A stretch of DNA of 64,000 nt from Candidatus Latescibacterota bacterium. GTDB lineage: Bacteria; Latescibacterota; UBA2968. The position numbers and the translations under genes were made by a program. Of this stretch, positions 26,422-36,342 are shown one piece after another. Numbering within the stretch: the first letter of the stretch is position 1; each line of letters opens with the position of its first letter. The notes beneath the pieces are model-generated. The model made no database searches. It saw nothing but the letters and a program-made list of their open reading frames with translations, and was not told the DNA's origin. The stretch covers positions 3,104,001-3,168,000 of the forward strand of contig OZ242010.1 in assembly GCA_965204745.1 (NCBI GenBank). Reading direction: 5' to 3'.

Positions 26422-26799
26422 TTATTTTGCGTTGTCGAGTTCAATGGTAACAGGTGAAAGTGATCGCCTCGCTGTCCATCGCATGATCTCAGAAGCGAGT
26501 TCGCGTTTTTCCATTTCTGAAAGTTGGCTGAATGAATCCAAGATGTTTGCGATGCTAATGTCAAGATCTCCTCGCCCAAGATCTGTTCGACTCGGTGGAG
26601 ATGGGACATCCGGCTCCTTGCCTTGCTCTCGGCAAAACGCGAGGTATTCCTCAACCGACTTTTGCATCTCTTCCCGCAGTTCCGTTACAGATGATCCGTA
26701 GAACGAAATCACGTCATGCGTATTGACCACTGTCCCGTGAAATGCGTCAATTTCCGGATCAAACGCAACCACCCCGAGATACCCCTTGTATTCAATCAT
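26422..26799 (-). CDS. hicB: HicB antitoxin with chimeric C-terminus
   Basis: YKGYLG..FDPE..FHG.V....DVISFYG.SV.EL; the usual DNA-binding tail appears replaced by sequence duplicated at 58770-58860. Confidence 0.75.
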   Translation of the reverse strand: MIEYKGYLGVVAFDPEIDAFHGTVVNTHDVISFYGSSVTELREEMQKSVEEYLAFCREQGKEPDVPSPPSRTDLGRGDLDISIANILDSFSQLSEMEKRELASEIMRWTARRSLSPVTIELDNAK

Positions 26800-27050
26800 G
26801 GCATAACCCCTGCATGTTCGAGAAATTTTCGCAAATCTCTCACCGCCCCCTTATCCATACTTGGACTCGGATGTGGACGATGAAACACAGCCACGCGATC
26901 ATTGAGCGACACGGCAACTCTCGACCCCGCACGTTCACTCAGAACGGATCCCAAGGCTTGTAACAAGACTTCAACATCTCGCCATTTGATATTGCCCGAG
27001 ATAGGTTGCGTAAAAATTGCGTTGAGTGTTCTCCTGTGACGTTTATTCAT
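26796..27050 (-). CDS. hicA: HicA toxin
   Basis: NIKWRDVE, GSRV, FHRPHP. Confidence 0.88.
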   Translation of the reverse strand: MNKRHRRTLNAIFTQPISGNIKWRDVEVLLQALGSVLSERAGSRVAVSLNDRVAVFHRPHPSPSMDKGAVRDLRKFLEHAGVMP

Positions 27051-27181
27051 CTGCGTACTCTATAGTGCGCCCATCCCTACGAAAATGACCGGAGCACATC
27101 TCCTCTCTCCGAATCGAGCGTCTGTTCCTCACTCACCCCTGATGTGAGACAGGATACGGACAACTCGAATGCAAGTAGCTC

Positions 27182-28471
27182 TCAGGGATGCAGGATGCGG
27201 ATGACTTGGGGTTTTGCGGTGACGGCTTGCAACGCGCCGATGCGCGTGATGGCGCGGCGCATGGCGGCTTCGGGGGCTTCGTGCGTGATCATGATCAGGG
27301 GAACGCCATCTGTTTCGGAACGGCCGTGCTGGATGACGGTTTCGATGCTGATGTTTTCATCCGCAAACAGGGCCGCAATCTGTGCCAAGACGCCGGGTTT
27401 GTCGTGAACGGTCAAGCGACAGTAACTCCCGGTTTGAATGTCGTCGGCTGGAATGAGGTCGGCTTTGGGCAGTGGTGCAAGGGGCGCGCCTGCGGGTCCC
27501 AAGTTGGCTTTGCGCCGTTCGGCGATGGCGACGAGATCGGCGACAATCGCGCTGGCCGTGGGCAATTCGCCGGCCCCTTTGCCGTAGAAGACTTGGGCAT
27601 CGACTGCGCTGCCGACAATTTCGACCGCGTTAAATTCATTGCGAATATCCGCGAGGAGCGCATCGTGAGGCACGAGGGCGGGATGTACGCGGGCTTCGAT
27701 GCGGTTGTCGATGGCGCGGGCGATGCCGAGCAATTTGATGGTGTAGCCGAGTTCGCGGGCAAAGTCGATGTCCAAAGCGGCGATGTGAGAGATGCCCTCT
27801 TTGAGCATGTCGCCGGATGAGACGCGCTGGCGGAAGGCCAAGCGACAGAGCAGGGCGAGTTTTTGGGCCGCGTCCGTGCCATCGATGTCCATCGTTGGGT
27901 CGGCTTCGGCAAACCCCTTGTCCTGTGCTTCTTTGAGCATGGGGTCAAAGTCCGCGCCGGCTTCTGTCATGCGGGTGAGGATGTAGTTGGTGGTGCCGTT
28001 GAGGATGCCGTAGAGCGATTGAATATCGTTGGCGACCAGGCCTTGGCTGAGGGTTTGGATGATGGGGATGCCGCCGCATACGCTGGCTTCAAACCCGAGT
28101 CCAACCTCGTTTTGCACGGCGGCTTCAAAGAGGCTGTCCCCGCGCTCGGCGAGCAGGGCTTTGTTCGCGGTGACGACGTCTTTGCCGGTTTGCAGGGCGG
28201 TCAGGACGAGCTCGTGGGCAGGGTCAACCCCGCCTATGACTTCGATTGCGATTTGGATGGTGGGGTCCGTGACCACGTCCATGGGGTCGGTGGTGAAACG
28301 GTCGAGAGCGATGTCGATTGCGCGGGGTTTGGACGGGTCGCGGATGGCGATTTTGCGAATGTCGAAGTCCAGTCCCCGAACGGTTTTGAGTTCGCGTTCC
28401 CGGTCGCAGAGGATGCGCGCCACGCCGCCGCCGACAACGCCCATGCCAATTAAGCCGATACCAATTGCCAC
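27182..28471 (-). CDS. hom: Homoserine dehydrogenase with ACT domain
   Basis: GMGVVGGG, VTANKA, FEASVCGGIP, GILNGTTNYIL, DKPGVLA. Confidence 0.95.
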   Translation of the reverse strand: MAIGIGLIGMGVVGGGVARILCDRERELKTVRGLDFDIRKIAIRDPSKPRAIDIALDRFTTDPMDVVTDPTIQIAIEVIGGVDPAHELVLTALQTGKDVVTANKALLAERGDSLFEAAVQNEVGLGFEASVCGGIPIIQTLSQGLVANDIQSLYGILNGTTNYILTRMTEAGADFDPMLKEAQDKGFAEADPTMDIDGTDAAQKLALLCRLAFRQRVSSGDMLKEGISHIAALDIDFARELGYTIKLLGIARAIDNRIEARVHPALVPHDALLADIRNEFNAVEIVGSAVDAQVFYGKGAGELPTASAIVADLVAIAERRKANLGPAGAPLAPLPKADLIPADDIQTGSYCRLTVHDKPGVLAQIAALFADENISIETVIQHGRSETDGVPLIMITHEAPEAAMRRAITRIGALQAVTAKPQVIRILHP

Positions 28472-28581
28472 GTTTACCTCGGATGGTGAAAGATAAGAAT
28501 TGTCGTGCCATTTTTTCTCGTTATATTGTTAAAGTGTATCGTAAGGGCATGCAATTGTCAAGAAAAGGATGCGAGGCCGAG

Positions 28582-29664
28582 ATGGGAAATCTGCCAAAAA
28601 CGATGCCCGCGGTGATGTGCTACGCGCCCGAGGATTATCGTTTGGAAGACTGTGCCGTGCCCCGCCTTGGCGATGGCGAGGTTTTGATTCGCGTGCAGGC
28701 GGTGGGGATCTGTGCGAGCGATTTGAAGTGTTATCAGGGGGCGCCGATGTTTTGGGGCGATGCCCACCGCGAGGGGTATTGCCAAGCCCCGATTATTCCC
28801 GGGCACGAGTTTGTGGGGGAGGTCGTCGCGCTGGGCAATGGCGCGGGTGAGAACTGCGGGTTGGCGATTGGCGACTTGGCCGTGTCCGAGCAGATTGTGC
28901 CGTGCGGCGCGTGCCGTTACTGTTTGCGCGGGCAATACTGGATGTGCATGGTACACGATATTTACGGCTTTCGCAGGGCCACGTTTGGCGCGATGGCCGA
29001 GTATTGCAAGTTGCCGGCCAAAGCGTTGAATTACCGCGTGCCAAATTCAATCCCCGTCGAGCATGCGGCGTACGTAGAACCCCTGGCCTGTGCGATCCAC
29101 GCGGTGGAACGCGGGGAGATTCAACTCCACGATACGGTGGTGATCGCAGGCGCAGGCCCGCTCGGCTTGGGCATGGTGGCTGCTGCGCGGATGAAGAGTC
29201 CGGCATTGCTGATCGCGCTGGATTTGGATGACGGGCGGTTGGAAATCGCCCGCGCATGTGGGGCGGATTTGGGGTTGAATCCGCAGGCGGTAGATGTGGT
29301 TGACGAGGTGCAGAAGTTGACCGAGGGGTACGGTTGCGATGTGTATATCGAGGCGACGGGGCATCCGGCGGCAGTGGAACAAGGGCTGCGGATGATTTGC
29401 AAATTAGGCACGTTTGTCGAGTTTAGTGTGATGCGCGAGCCGGTGACGACCGATTGGACCGTGATCGGCGATTCCAAAGAGTTGAATATCCACGGCGCGC
29501 ATTTGAGTCCGCATTGTTACCCGATTGCGATTCGAATGCTAAAACAAGGCCGCTTGCCAATGGATCAGATCGTGACGCATCAGTTGCCGCTCGCGGATTT
29601 TCACAAGGGGATCGATCTGGTGGCGGATGGCACGCAGTCGGTGAAGGTGATGTTGAGGCCGTGA
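28582..29664 (+). CDS. Zn-dependent alcohol/polyol dehydrogenase (erythritol/threitol dehydrogenase-like)
   Basis: GICASD, GHEFVG, CGACRYC, GAGPLG. Confidence 0.88.
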   Translation: MGNLPKTMPAVMCYAPEDYRLEDCAVPRLGDGEVLIRVQAVGICASDLKCYQGAPMFWGDAHREGYCQAPIIPGHEFVGEVVALGNGAGENCGLAIGDLAVSEQIVPCGACRYCLRGQYWMCMVHDIYGFRRATFGAMAEYCKLPAKALNYRVPNSIPVEHAAYVEPLACAIHAVERGEIQLHDTVVIAGAGPLGLGMVAAARMKSPALLIALDLDDGRLEIARACGADLGLNPQAVDVVDEVQKLTEGYGCDVYIEATGHPAAVEQGLRMICKLGTFVEFSVMREPVTTDWTVIGDSKELNIHGAHLSPHCYPIAIRMLKQGRLPMDQIVTHQLPLADFHKGIDLVADGTQSVKVMLRP

Positions 29665-29769
29665 GGAGAGAGGGGATTTTAGCCACAAAAGGCACAAAAG
29701 GCACAAAAGGTGAGCCGTGTGTAGGGGCGATGCCGTGCGGGGTTGGTCAAAACTACAAGGAGCGGGACG

Positions 29770-30228
29770 ATGATCGAAAAAATCAATGAATCGGAAATTG
29801 AGGAGAACACACGTTTGTCGCGCACGGGCAAATACGGTTCGTCCCACAAGGATATTTCCGGCGCGCTGGAAACCGAAGGGCAACCGTTTGAGGTCGAATG
29901 GGTGCGGTTGCCGCCGGGAAAGATCAATTTTCCGTGTCACGCCCATCAGGTGCAGTGGGAGTTTTATTTGGTGATCCGCGGTCAGGGCATTGTGCGGCGA
30001 GATGATCACACGTTTGAGGTCGGCGCGGGCGACGCGTTTGTCCAGCCGCCCGGCACAGCGCATCAGATTCGCAATGCGAGTGCGACAGAGGAGTTGATTT
30101 ATTATGTCATTGCCGATAATCCCGCGAGTGACCCGATCTATTATCCGGATTCGGACAAATGGTTGATTCGCCCCCCGGGCAAATTGGGGCGCGTGACCGA
30201 GGCGGCGTATTTTGATGGGGAGGAATAG
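29770..30228 (+). CDS. Cupin domain protein
   Basis: PCHAH...EFYLVIRG, PPGTAHQIRN, YYPDSDK. Confidence 0.85.
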   Translation: MIEKINESEIEENTRLSRTGKYGSSHKDISGALETEGQPFEVEWVRLPPGKINFPCHAHQVQWEFYLVIRGQGIVRRDDHTFEVGAGDAFVQPPGTAHQIRNASATEELIYYVIADNPASDPIYYPDSDKWLIRPPGKLGRVTEAAYFDGEE

Positions 30229-30315
30229 AGGGATAGCTTTTGTTTTTTTATCGAGGAGATAGCGGCTTGGAAATAAATTGCTGACACTTGTTCACAAAAG
30301 CCGTAAGTTGTTGCT

Positions 30316-30891
30316 ATGCCTTATGTAAATACTCGCAAAGCGGTTGCTTTGCTCGGTGTTCATCCGAATACGTTGCGTAAGTGGGCGAATGACGGTCGGA
30401 TTGAGCATATTCGCAGTCTAGGCGGACGGAGACTTTACAATGTCGATGCGTTCTTGCGGGAAGAAGTTGGCGTTGCCGTTGTGTGCTATGCACGGGTTAG
30501 CAGTGATGCCCAAAAAGACGACTTGCGAGGGCAAGTTGCACTCTTGCGATCCCGTTATCCCGGCGCAGAGATCGTCAAAGACATTGGCGGGGGCCTCAAC
30601 TAAAAGCGGAAGGGACTTGTCGCCCTACTGGAACGCTTACACAGCGGAGAAAAGTTGCGAATTGTGGTTGCCCACAAAGACCGCCTTGCACGGTTCGGCT
30701 TTGAACTTGTTGACTGGCTGGCAAAGCAAAACGGGGGCGAGGTCGTGGTTCTCGACGAGTCAAAGTGTCGTCCAGAACAAGAACTCACACAGGATATTTT
30801 ATCCCTTCTCGATACGTTCTCTTGCAGGCTGTCCGGCCTCCGCAAGTACCGTGACAAAATCAAGGAAGATAAGAATCTATCCGAACGCTGA
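30316..30891 (+). pseudogene. tnpA: IS607 serine recombinase TnpA with premature stop (TAA 30601)
   Basis: MerR-like HTH (LGVHPNTLRKW), YARVSS, GGGLN*KRKG, DRLARFGFEL all in one frame. Confidence 0.85.
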
Positions 30892-31993
30892 TCAGCGCGC
30901 AAAGTTCAGGCATTGGATGGTCGCTACCCGCTGGTGGTATAACGAGGCTGTGTCATTGTACCGTGCGGGATTTTCTTTGTCTGAATACGATATGCGACGT
31001 GTTGTCCGTGCGGTGAGTCCTGCATGGTTTGCCGATGTGCCGAGCAAGATTCTTTGCGGTGCGGTCGCCGATGCTTACAAGGCAAACCAGGCGGTCTGGC
31101 GTAAGCGTAAAGCATTCGAGAAGAAAGGGATAAAGCGGAAAGTGCTCTTGCAGTTCCGTAGTCGTAAAGCACCTATCCAGTCCTTGTATTTGTGCCATGT
31201 GGCTTGGAATAAGGCATTGACGACCTTTTATCCTCTTAGCCTTGGCAATGTGCGTTTGTCTGAGCCCTTGTCAGTTGTTCCGAAGGATGGCCGTTTGGTC
31301 AGTTACAATGGCCGGTACTCTGTGACCGTGCCTCATTCAAGTCCACGGCACGTAGCCGAGAACCAAGGGCGTGTCGTGGCGCTTGATCCTGGTATTCGCA
31401 GTTTCTTGACGTTCTTTTCTGAAACAGATTGCGGTAAGATTGGCGAAGGTGATTTTGGTCGTATTCAGCGTTTGTGTATTCATCTTGACAGCTTGATCGG
31501 TCGCATGACAAAGGCCATCGGCTTTCGCAAGGTGCGTTTGAAGCGTGCCTGCCATCGCATGCGGTGGCGCATCCGAGACTTGATCGATGAACTGCACAAA
31601 CAGACTGCGCGCTGGCTGGTGGACAACTACGATGTGATTCTGTTGCCCACGTTTGAGACGACCGAGATGGTTGTGCGCGGTAAGCGGTGCCTTCGCCGTA
31701 AGTCTGTCCGCTCAATGTTGACTTTTGCCCATTATCGCTTCAAGCAGTTTCTCAAGCACAAGGCGTTTGAAACTGGCAAGTTGGTCTTGGATGTGAACGA
31801 GGCTTACACATCCAAGACAGTCAGTTGGACAGGTGAGATTGTAAAAAACTTGGGCGGAGCGAAAGTCATTCGTAGCAGAAAAGATGGTCATACCATGGAT
31901 CGAGATATAAACGGCGCACGGGGTATTTTTCTCCGTGCTTTGGTGGATACACCCAAGTTGCGGAACTGTTTGGATGCAACTTGCACTGGTTGA
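30617..31993 (+). CDS. tnpB: TnpB RNA-guided nuclease (IS607 type)
   Basis: KIRIYP, VVALDPG, NEAYTSKT, DRDINGARGI; TTG start inferred by alignment with the other copy. Confidence 0.88.
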   Translation: MSPYWNAYTAEKSCELWLPTKTALHGSALNLLTGWQSKTGARSWFSTSQSVVQNKNSHRIFYPFSIRSLAGCPASASTVTKSRKIRIYPNADQRAKFRHWMVATRWWYNEAVSLYRAGFSLSEYDMRRVVRAVSPAWFADVPSKILCGAVADAYKANQAVWRKRKAFEKKGIKRKVLLQFRSRKAPIQSLYLCHVAWNKALTTFYPLSLGNVRLSEPLSVVPKDGRLVSYNGRYSVTVPHSSPRHVAENQGRVVALDPGIRSFLTFFSETDCGKIGEGDFGRIQRLCIHLDSLIGRMTKAIGFRKVRLKRACHRMRWRIRDLIDELHKQTARWLVDNYDVILLPTFETTEMVVRGKRCLRRKSVRSMLTFAHYRFKQFLKHKAFETGKLVLDVNEAYTSKTVSWTGEIVKNLGGAKVIRSRKDGHTMDRDINGARGIFLRALVDTPKLRNCLDATCTG

Positions 31994-32051
31994 ACACTTA
32001 TTGATTTGCTCACGCTGTTAATAAGTGTCAACAGAAAGGTATCAGGCGCAG

Positions 32052-33464
32052 GTGAACAGACCGAATTTGATGCTGATTACAGCAGATGACATGAATTGGG
32101 ATGCGGTGGGGGCGTTTGGGTGCCCCACAGCGGGGACGACGCCGAATATCGACCGCTTGGCCGCGGGGGGCTTGCGGTTTAATCACGGGCATGTGACGAT
32201 AGCGGTGTGCCAACCGAGCCGATCCGCGCTGATGACCGGGCGGTATCCGCATGTGAGCGGCGGCGAGGGTTTTTATCGCTTGCGCTCTCCGGGCGTGCCC
32301 ATTTTGCCGGATATTTTGCGCGGCGAGGGGTACGATGTGGGCATTTTGGGCAAGGTGCCCCATTCCACGCCTTATGAGGCGTTTCAGTGGGATATGGCGC
32401 ACGATCAGACTGCGTTGGGGCAAGGGCGTAATCCCGAGGTGTATTACCGGTACGCCAAGCATTTTGTGCGGGATGCAATAGATGGCGGGCGTCCGTTTTT
32501 TTTGATGGCAAATTCCCACGATCCGCACCGGCCGTTTTACGGCAATGACAAGGCCGAGTGGTATGGCGAACTCGATCCGCCTGCGGTTCCCCCGTCGCGC
32601 GCGTTTGCGCCCGATGAGGTGGTGATCCCCGGGTTTTTACCGGATCTGCCAGAGGTGCGGTTGGAAATTGCCGAGTATTACAATTCGGTTCGCCGATGCG
32701 ACGATACGGTGGGCCGATTGCTCGATGTGTTGGATGAGGCGGGCGTGGCGGAAAATACGCTGGTGATGTTTTTGTCGGATAATGGGATGGCCTTTCCGTT
32801 TGCAAAGACAAATTGTTATTTGAACAGCACGCGCACGCCTTGGTTGGCGCGATGGCCGGCGGTTATTCGGGCCGGGCGCGTGGATGCCGCGCATTTTATT
32901 TCTGGGATAGATTATTTGCCGACCGTGCTCGATGCGATTGGCGCGGCCGTCCCCGAAGGCGTCAATGGCGCGTCTCGGCTACCGGTGTTGCGCGGCGAGA
33001 CGCAGGCGGGATGCGAGCAGGTGTTCACGCAATTTCACCAGACGTCGGGGCGGCGCAATTACCCGATGCGATGCGTGCAAAATGCGCGGTTTGGGTATAT
33101 TTTTAATCCGTGGTCCGATGGCGAGCGGGAATTTCGCAATGAGTCCCAAAACGGGCGGTCGTGGCAGGCGATGCGAGAAGCCGAGGCCCATGATCCGCAG
33201 TTGGCCGCGCGAACCCACTTGTTCGCTTATCGCGTGCTAGAGGAGTTTTACGATTTTGAGAACGATCCCAACGCGCTGAATAATTTGATCGACGATCCCA
33301 ATTACGCCGATGAGATTCAGCGCATGCGAGACGCGCTCGAGGCCTGGATGGTGGCGGTCGATGATCCGGCACTTGGCGCGTTTCGCGGTCGCGCATCGCG
33401 GCGGGCATTGGACGAGTTGATGGACGAGTTGTCGGATACCATAGGGCAACGCACAAATGCGTAA
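32052..33464 (+). CDS. Sulfatase (sulfamidase-like)
   Basis: PNLMLITADD, CQPSR, DPHRPF, SDNGMAFPFAK. Confidence 0.9.
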   Translation: MNRPNLMLITADDMNWDAVGAFGCPTAGTTPNIDRLAAGGLRFNHGHVTIAVCQPSRSALMTGRYPHVSGGEGFYRLRSPGVPILPDILRGEGYDVGILGKVPHSTPYEAFQWDMAHDQTALGQGRNPEVYYRYAKHFVRDAIDGGRPFFLMANSHDPHRPFYGNDKAEWYGELDPPAVPPSRAFAPDEVVIPGFLPDLPEVRLEIAEYYNSVRRCDDTVGRLLDVLDEAGVAENTLVMFLSDNGMAFPFAKTNCYLNSTRTPWLARWPAVIRAGRVDAAHFISGIDYLPTVLDAIGAAVPEGVNGASRLPVLRGETQAGCEQVFTQFHQTSGRRNYPMRCVQNARFGYIFNPWSDGEREFRNESQNGRSWQAMREAEAHDPQLAARTHLFAYRVLEEFYDFENDPNALNNLIDDPNYADEIQRMRDALEAWMVAVDDPALGAFRGRASRRALDELMDELSDTIGQRTNA

Positions 33465-33479
33465 CTCGTGGAGGGCGAG

Positions 33480-34448
33480 ATGGCGATTAAGATGGTGTTG
33501 CAACGGCGATTGGAAGATGAGTACATGCGGCAGATTCACGATTTGGGCGTGGAGACGGTGGTGGTGATGTCCGTGGCGGATGTGCCGCAGGTGATCGGGG
33601 ATGCCGATGCGTATTTTGGTGGGATGACGCCGGAGATTTTGAACGCGGGAAAGAAGTTGCGCTGGGTGCAGGCGACGAGTGCCGGGTTGGACGGGTACTA
33701 TTTTCCCGAGTTGCGCGAAAGCGAGTTGACGGTGACGAATATCCGCGGGATCTACAGCGATGTGATCGCGGATCACGTATTTGCGCTGGTGATGGCGTTT
33801 GCGCGCGGGTTGCATCACTATATCCGCAGGCAGTCGCAGGGGAAATGGGAGAAGGGCGCGCCGGTGATTCACCTCGCGGGCACGACGCTGGGCGTGGTGG
33901 GGTTGGGCGGCATTGGACTGGCGGTTGCCGAGCGCGGGCCCGCGGTTGGGATGCGCGTGATCGGGATGGACCCCGCGCCGAAGGGGAAGCCGGATTTTAT
34001 CGCGCGCATTTATTCCCCGGATGAACTCGCGGAGATGGTCGCGGTGTCGGATTTTGTGGTGATTTGCGTGCCGCACACGGCCGAGACCGAGGGGTTGTTC
34101 GACGCGGCGATGTTTGGGGCGATGAAGGATACGGGGATTTTGATCAATATCGGGCGCGGCAAGGTGGTCAAATTGCAGGCATTGACCGAAGCCTTGCAGC
34201 GAGGGCAGATCGGCGGCGCGGGTCTCGACGTGTACGAGGAAGAGCCCTTGCCGGCAGGTCACGCCCTGTGGTCCATAGAGAACGCGATTTTGACCCCGCA
34301 TGTGGCGGGTATTTCGCCGGAGATCGACAAGCGCAGAAAAGCCCTGATCGTGGAAAATGTGCGGCGGTTCTGCGCGGGTGAGCCGCTGTTGAATGTGGTG
34401 GACAATCAGAAGGGATACGTGGTGGATGCCGCGTCGATTTGGAAGTAG
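33480..34448 (+). CDS. D-2-hydroxyacid dehydrogenase
   Basis: GLGGIG, NIGRG, LDVYEEEPL, TPHVAG. Confidence 0.9.
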   Translation: MAIKMVLQRRLEDEYMRQIHDLGVETVVVMSVADVPQVIGDADAYFGGMTPEILNAGKKLRWVQATSAGLDGYYFPELRESELTVTNIRGIYSDVIADHVFALVMAFARGLHHYIRRQSQGKWEKGAPVIHLAGTTLGVVGLGGIGLAVAERGPAVGMRVIGMDPAPKGKPDFIARIYSPDELAEMVAVSDFVVICVPHTAETEGLFDAAMFGAMKDTGILINIGRGKVVKLQALTEALQRGQIGGAGLDVYEEEPLPAGHALWSIENAILTPHVAGISPEIDKRRKALIVENVRRFCAGEPLLNVVDNQKGYVVDAASIWK

Positions 34449-34464
34449 TCGCAGGAGGTTGGCG

Positions 34465-35169
34465 ATGAAAGTCATCCCATTCGCTTTTCTGTTGAGCTTG
34501 GCCTTTGTGGCCGATGCGGGGATCGATACGATCTCCTATCCCACAGAGGTTTTCTCGACCGACGTCGCCTTTCCCGTGCAGGAAGTCATCGACGGGGATA
34601 CGGCTGTGATTCTGTACGATGGCGCGCCGACGACTGTCAGGCTCATCGGGGTGGATACGCCCGAGACGATGCACCCGACAAAGCCCATCGAGGCGTTCGG
34701 CAAAGAGGCATCGGCGTTCACCCGAAATCTCCTCCTCGGCGAGTCCGTCTATCTGCGATTCGACGATCAAAGGACGGACAAGTACGACCGCTTGTTGGCG
34801 TATTTCTACCGGGCGCCCGATGGGCTGTTCGTGAATCTCGAGATCGTGCGGCAGGGGTACGGCCATGCTTATACGCGGTTTCCGTTTAAGTATATGCAGT
34901 TGTTTCAGCATTACGAACGCCAAGCCCGCGACGCGGGAAAGGGACTGTGGGACGGGACGACTGCCAGCCGGTCGACCCTCGCTTCTAAACAACAACAGCC
35001 GGACCGGAAGGAGGCGGTTAATGATGAGATGGAGGTTTATACCACGATCTCGGGAACGAAATACCATCTCAAAGGCTGTGGGCATTTGCGGAGAAGCCAG
35101 AAGGCCATCTCATTAAAAGATGCGCGGAAACGCTACGCGCCGTGTTCGGTTTGCAAGCCGCCAAAATGA
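34465..35169 (+). CDS. Secreted thermonuclease (SNase) with C-terminal Cys-rich metal-binding domain
   Basis: VIDGDT, RLIGVDTPE, DKYDRLLAY, GTKYH...C...PCSVCKP. Confidence 0.88.
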   Translation: MKVIPFAFLLSLAFVADAGIDTISYPTEVFSTDVAFPVQEVIDGDTAVILYDGAPTTVRLIGVDTPETMHPTKPIEAFGKEASAFTRNLLLGESVYLRFDDQRTDKYDRLLAYFYRAPDGLFVNLEIVRQGYGHAYTRFPFKYMQLFQHYERQARDAGKGLWDGTTASRSTLASKQQQPDRKEAVNDEMEVYTTISGTKYHLKGCGHLRRSQKAISLKDARKRYAPCSVCKPPK

Positions 35170-35178
35170 GGACTAGCT

Positions 35179-36297
35179 ATGAAAATTACCGATGTGAAGA
35201 CGTATTTGGTGAATGCCAACGCCGAGGGGGTGACGAGAACGTCCCGGCCGCGAGGGCGAAACTGGTTGTTCGTGAAGGTGTTCACGGATGAGGGCGTGAC
35301 CGGGGTGGGCGAAGGTGGGGGTTGGCCCTTTCTCGTGGCGCGGGCGATTGAGGAGATGAAGTATTTTGCGATTGGGGAAAATCCGTTTGAGATCGAGCGG
35401 TTGTGGTTGCGGCTCTACGATATTTTGCACGCGCACGGGGTAACGGGGGCCGTGCGCGGCGGGCTGATCAGCGCGATTGATTGCGCGTTGTGGGACATCA
35501 AGGGCAAAGTGTTGGGCGTTCCGGTGTGGGAGTTGCTCGGCGGCAAGATGCGCGATGCAATTCCGGTCTATGGGCATGCGAGTACGCCCGAGGCCGCCGA
35601 GAACTTGGTGGATCGCGGGTACCGGTTTTTCAAGTGCGGACCACGCATTGAGACGCTTAAAACGCTACGCGATGCTGTCGGATACGAGGTCGAGATCGGC
35701 GTGCATTGCCACGCGGAGTTCACCCCTGCGGCGGCGATTCAACTCGGGCGCGGGTGCGAACCCTATCGCCCGATGTTTTTGGAAGACCCGGTGGTGCCAG
35801 AGAACGTCGAGGCATTTGCCAAGGTGGCGGATAAGATCGGCATTCCGCTGGCGACGGGCGAGCGGTTTGCGACCAAGTGGGCGTTTGCGGAGTTGTTGGC
35901 GCGCAATCTGGTGGATATCGTGCAGCCCGAGACCACGCGGTTGGGGGGGATTACGGAACTGAAGAAGCTGGCCGCAATGGCCGAGGCGCAGTCGGTCACC
36001 GTGGCGCCGCACGACGGGTCGGTGGGGCCGATTATCGAAATGGCGAATGTGCACGTGCTGGCGAGCATTCCCAACTGCATTTTTTTGGAGCATCAGGCCA
36101 ATGACGTGCCGTGGCGGTTGGATGTGGCGCCGGGCGCGATGCCCGAAGCGAATGGAAAAATCGAAATTCCGACTGCGCCGGGCCTGGGCGTGGATATCGA
36201 CGAGAAGGTGGCGGCGGCGCATCCGATTGCGGAGGTCGGCGCGTATGACTACAGCCACCGCCCGCCCGAGGAAATTCAGGTGTCGTTTGTGCGGTGA
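35179..36297 (+). CDS. Mandelate racemase/muconate lactonising enzyme family (sugar-acid dehydratase-like)
   Basis: TDEGVTGVGE, ALWDIKGK, ATGER, APH, PGLG. Confidence 0.88.
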   Translation: MKITDVKTYLVNANAEGVTRTSRPRGRNWLFVKVFTDEGVTGVGEGGGWPFLVARAIEEMKYFAIGENPFEIERLWLRLYDILHAHGVTGAVRGGLISAIDCALWDIKGKVLGVPVWELLGGKMRDAIPVYGHASTPEAAENLVDRGYRFFKCGPRIETLKTLRDAVGYEVEIGVHCHAEFTPAAAIQLGRGCEPYRPMFLEDPVVPENVEAFAKVADKIGIPLATGERFATKWAFAELLARNLVDIVQPETTRLGGITELKKLAAMAEAQSVTVAPHDGSVGPIIEMANVHVLASIPNCIFLEHQANDVPWRLDVAPGAMPEANGKIEIPTAPGLGVDIDEKVAAAHPIAEVGAYDYSHRPPEEIQVSFVR

Positions 36298-36342
36298 ACG
36301 AGGGACAGGTTGCGTTTAACCCGTATTTGATGAGGAGGGAAG

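Larger units (their letters stand above)
30257..32046 (+). mobile_element. IS607-family element (tnpA + tnpB)
   Basis: GAGG|AGAT left junction; right end TCAACAGAAAGGTATCAGG shared with 15526-16987. Confidence 0.85.
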
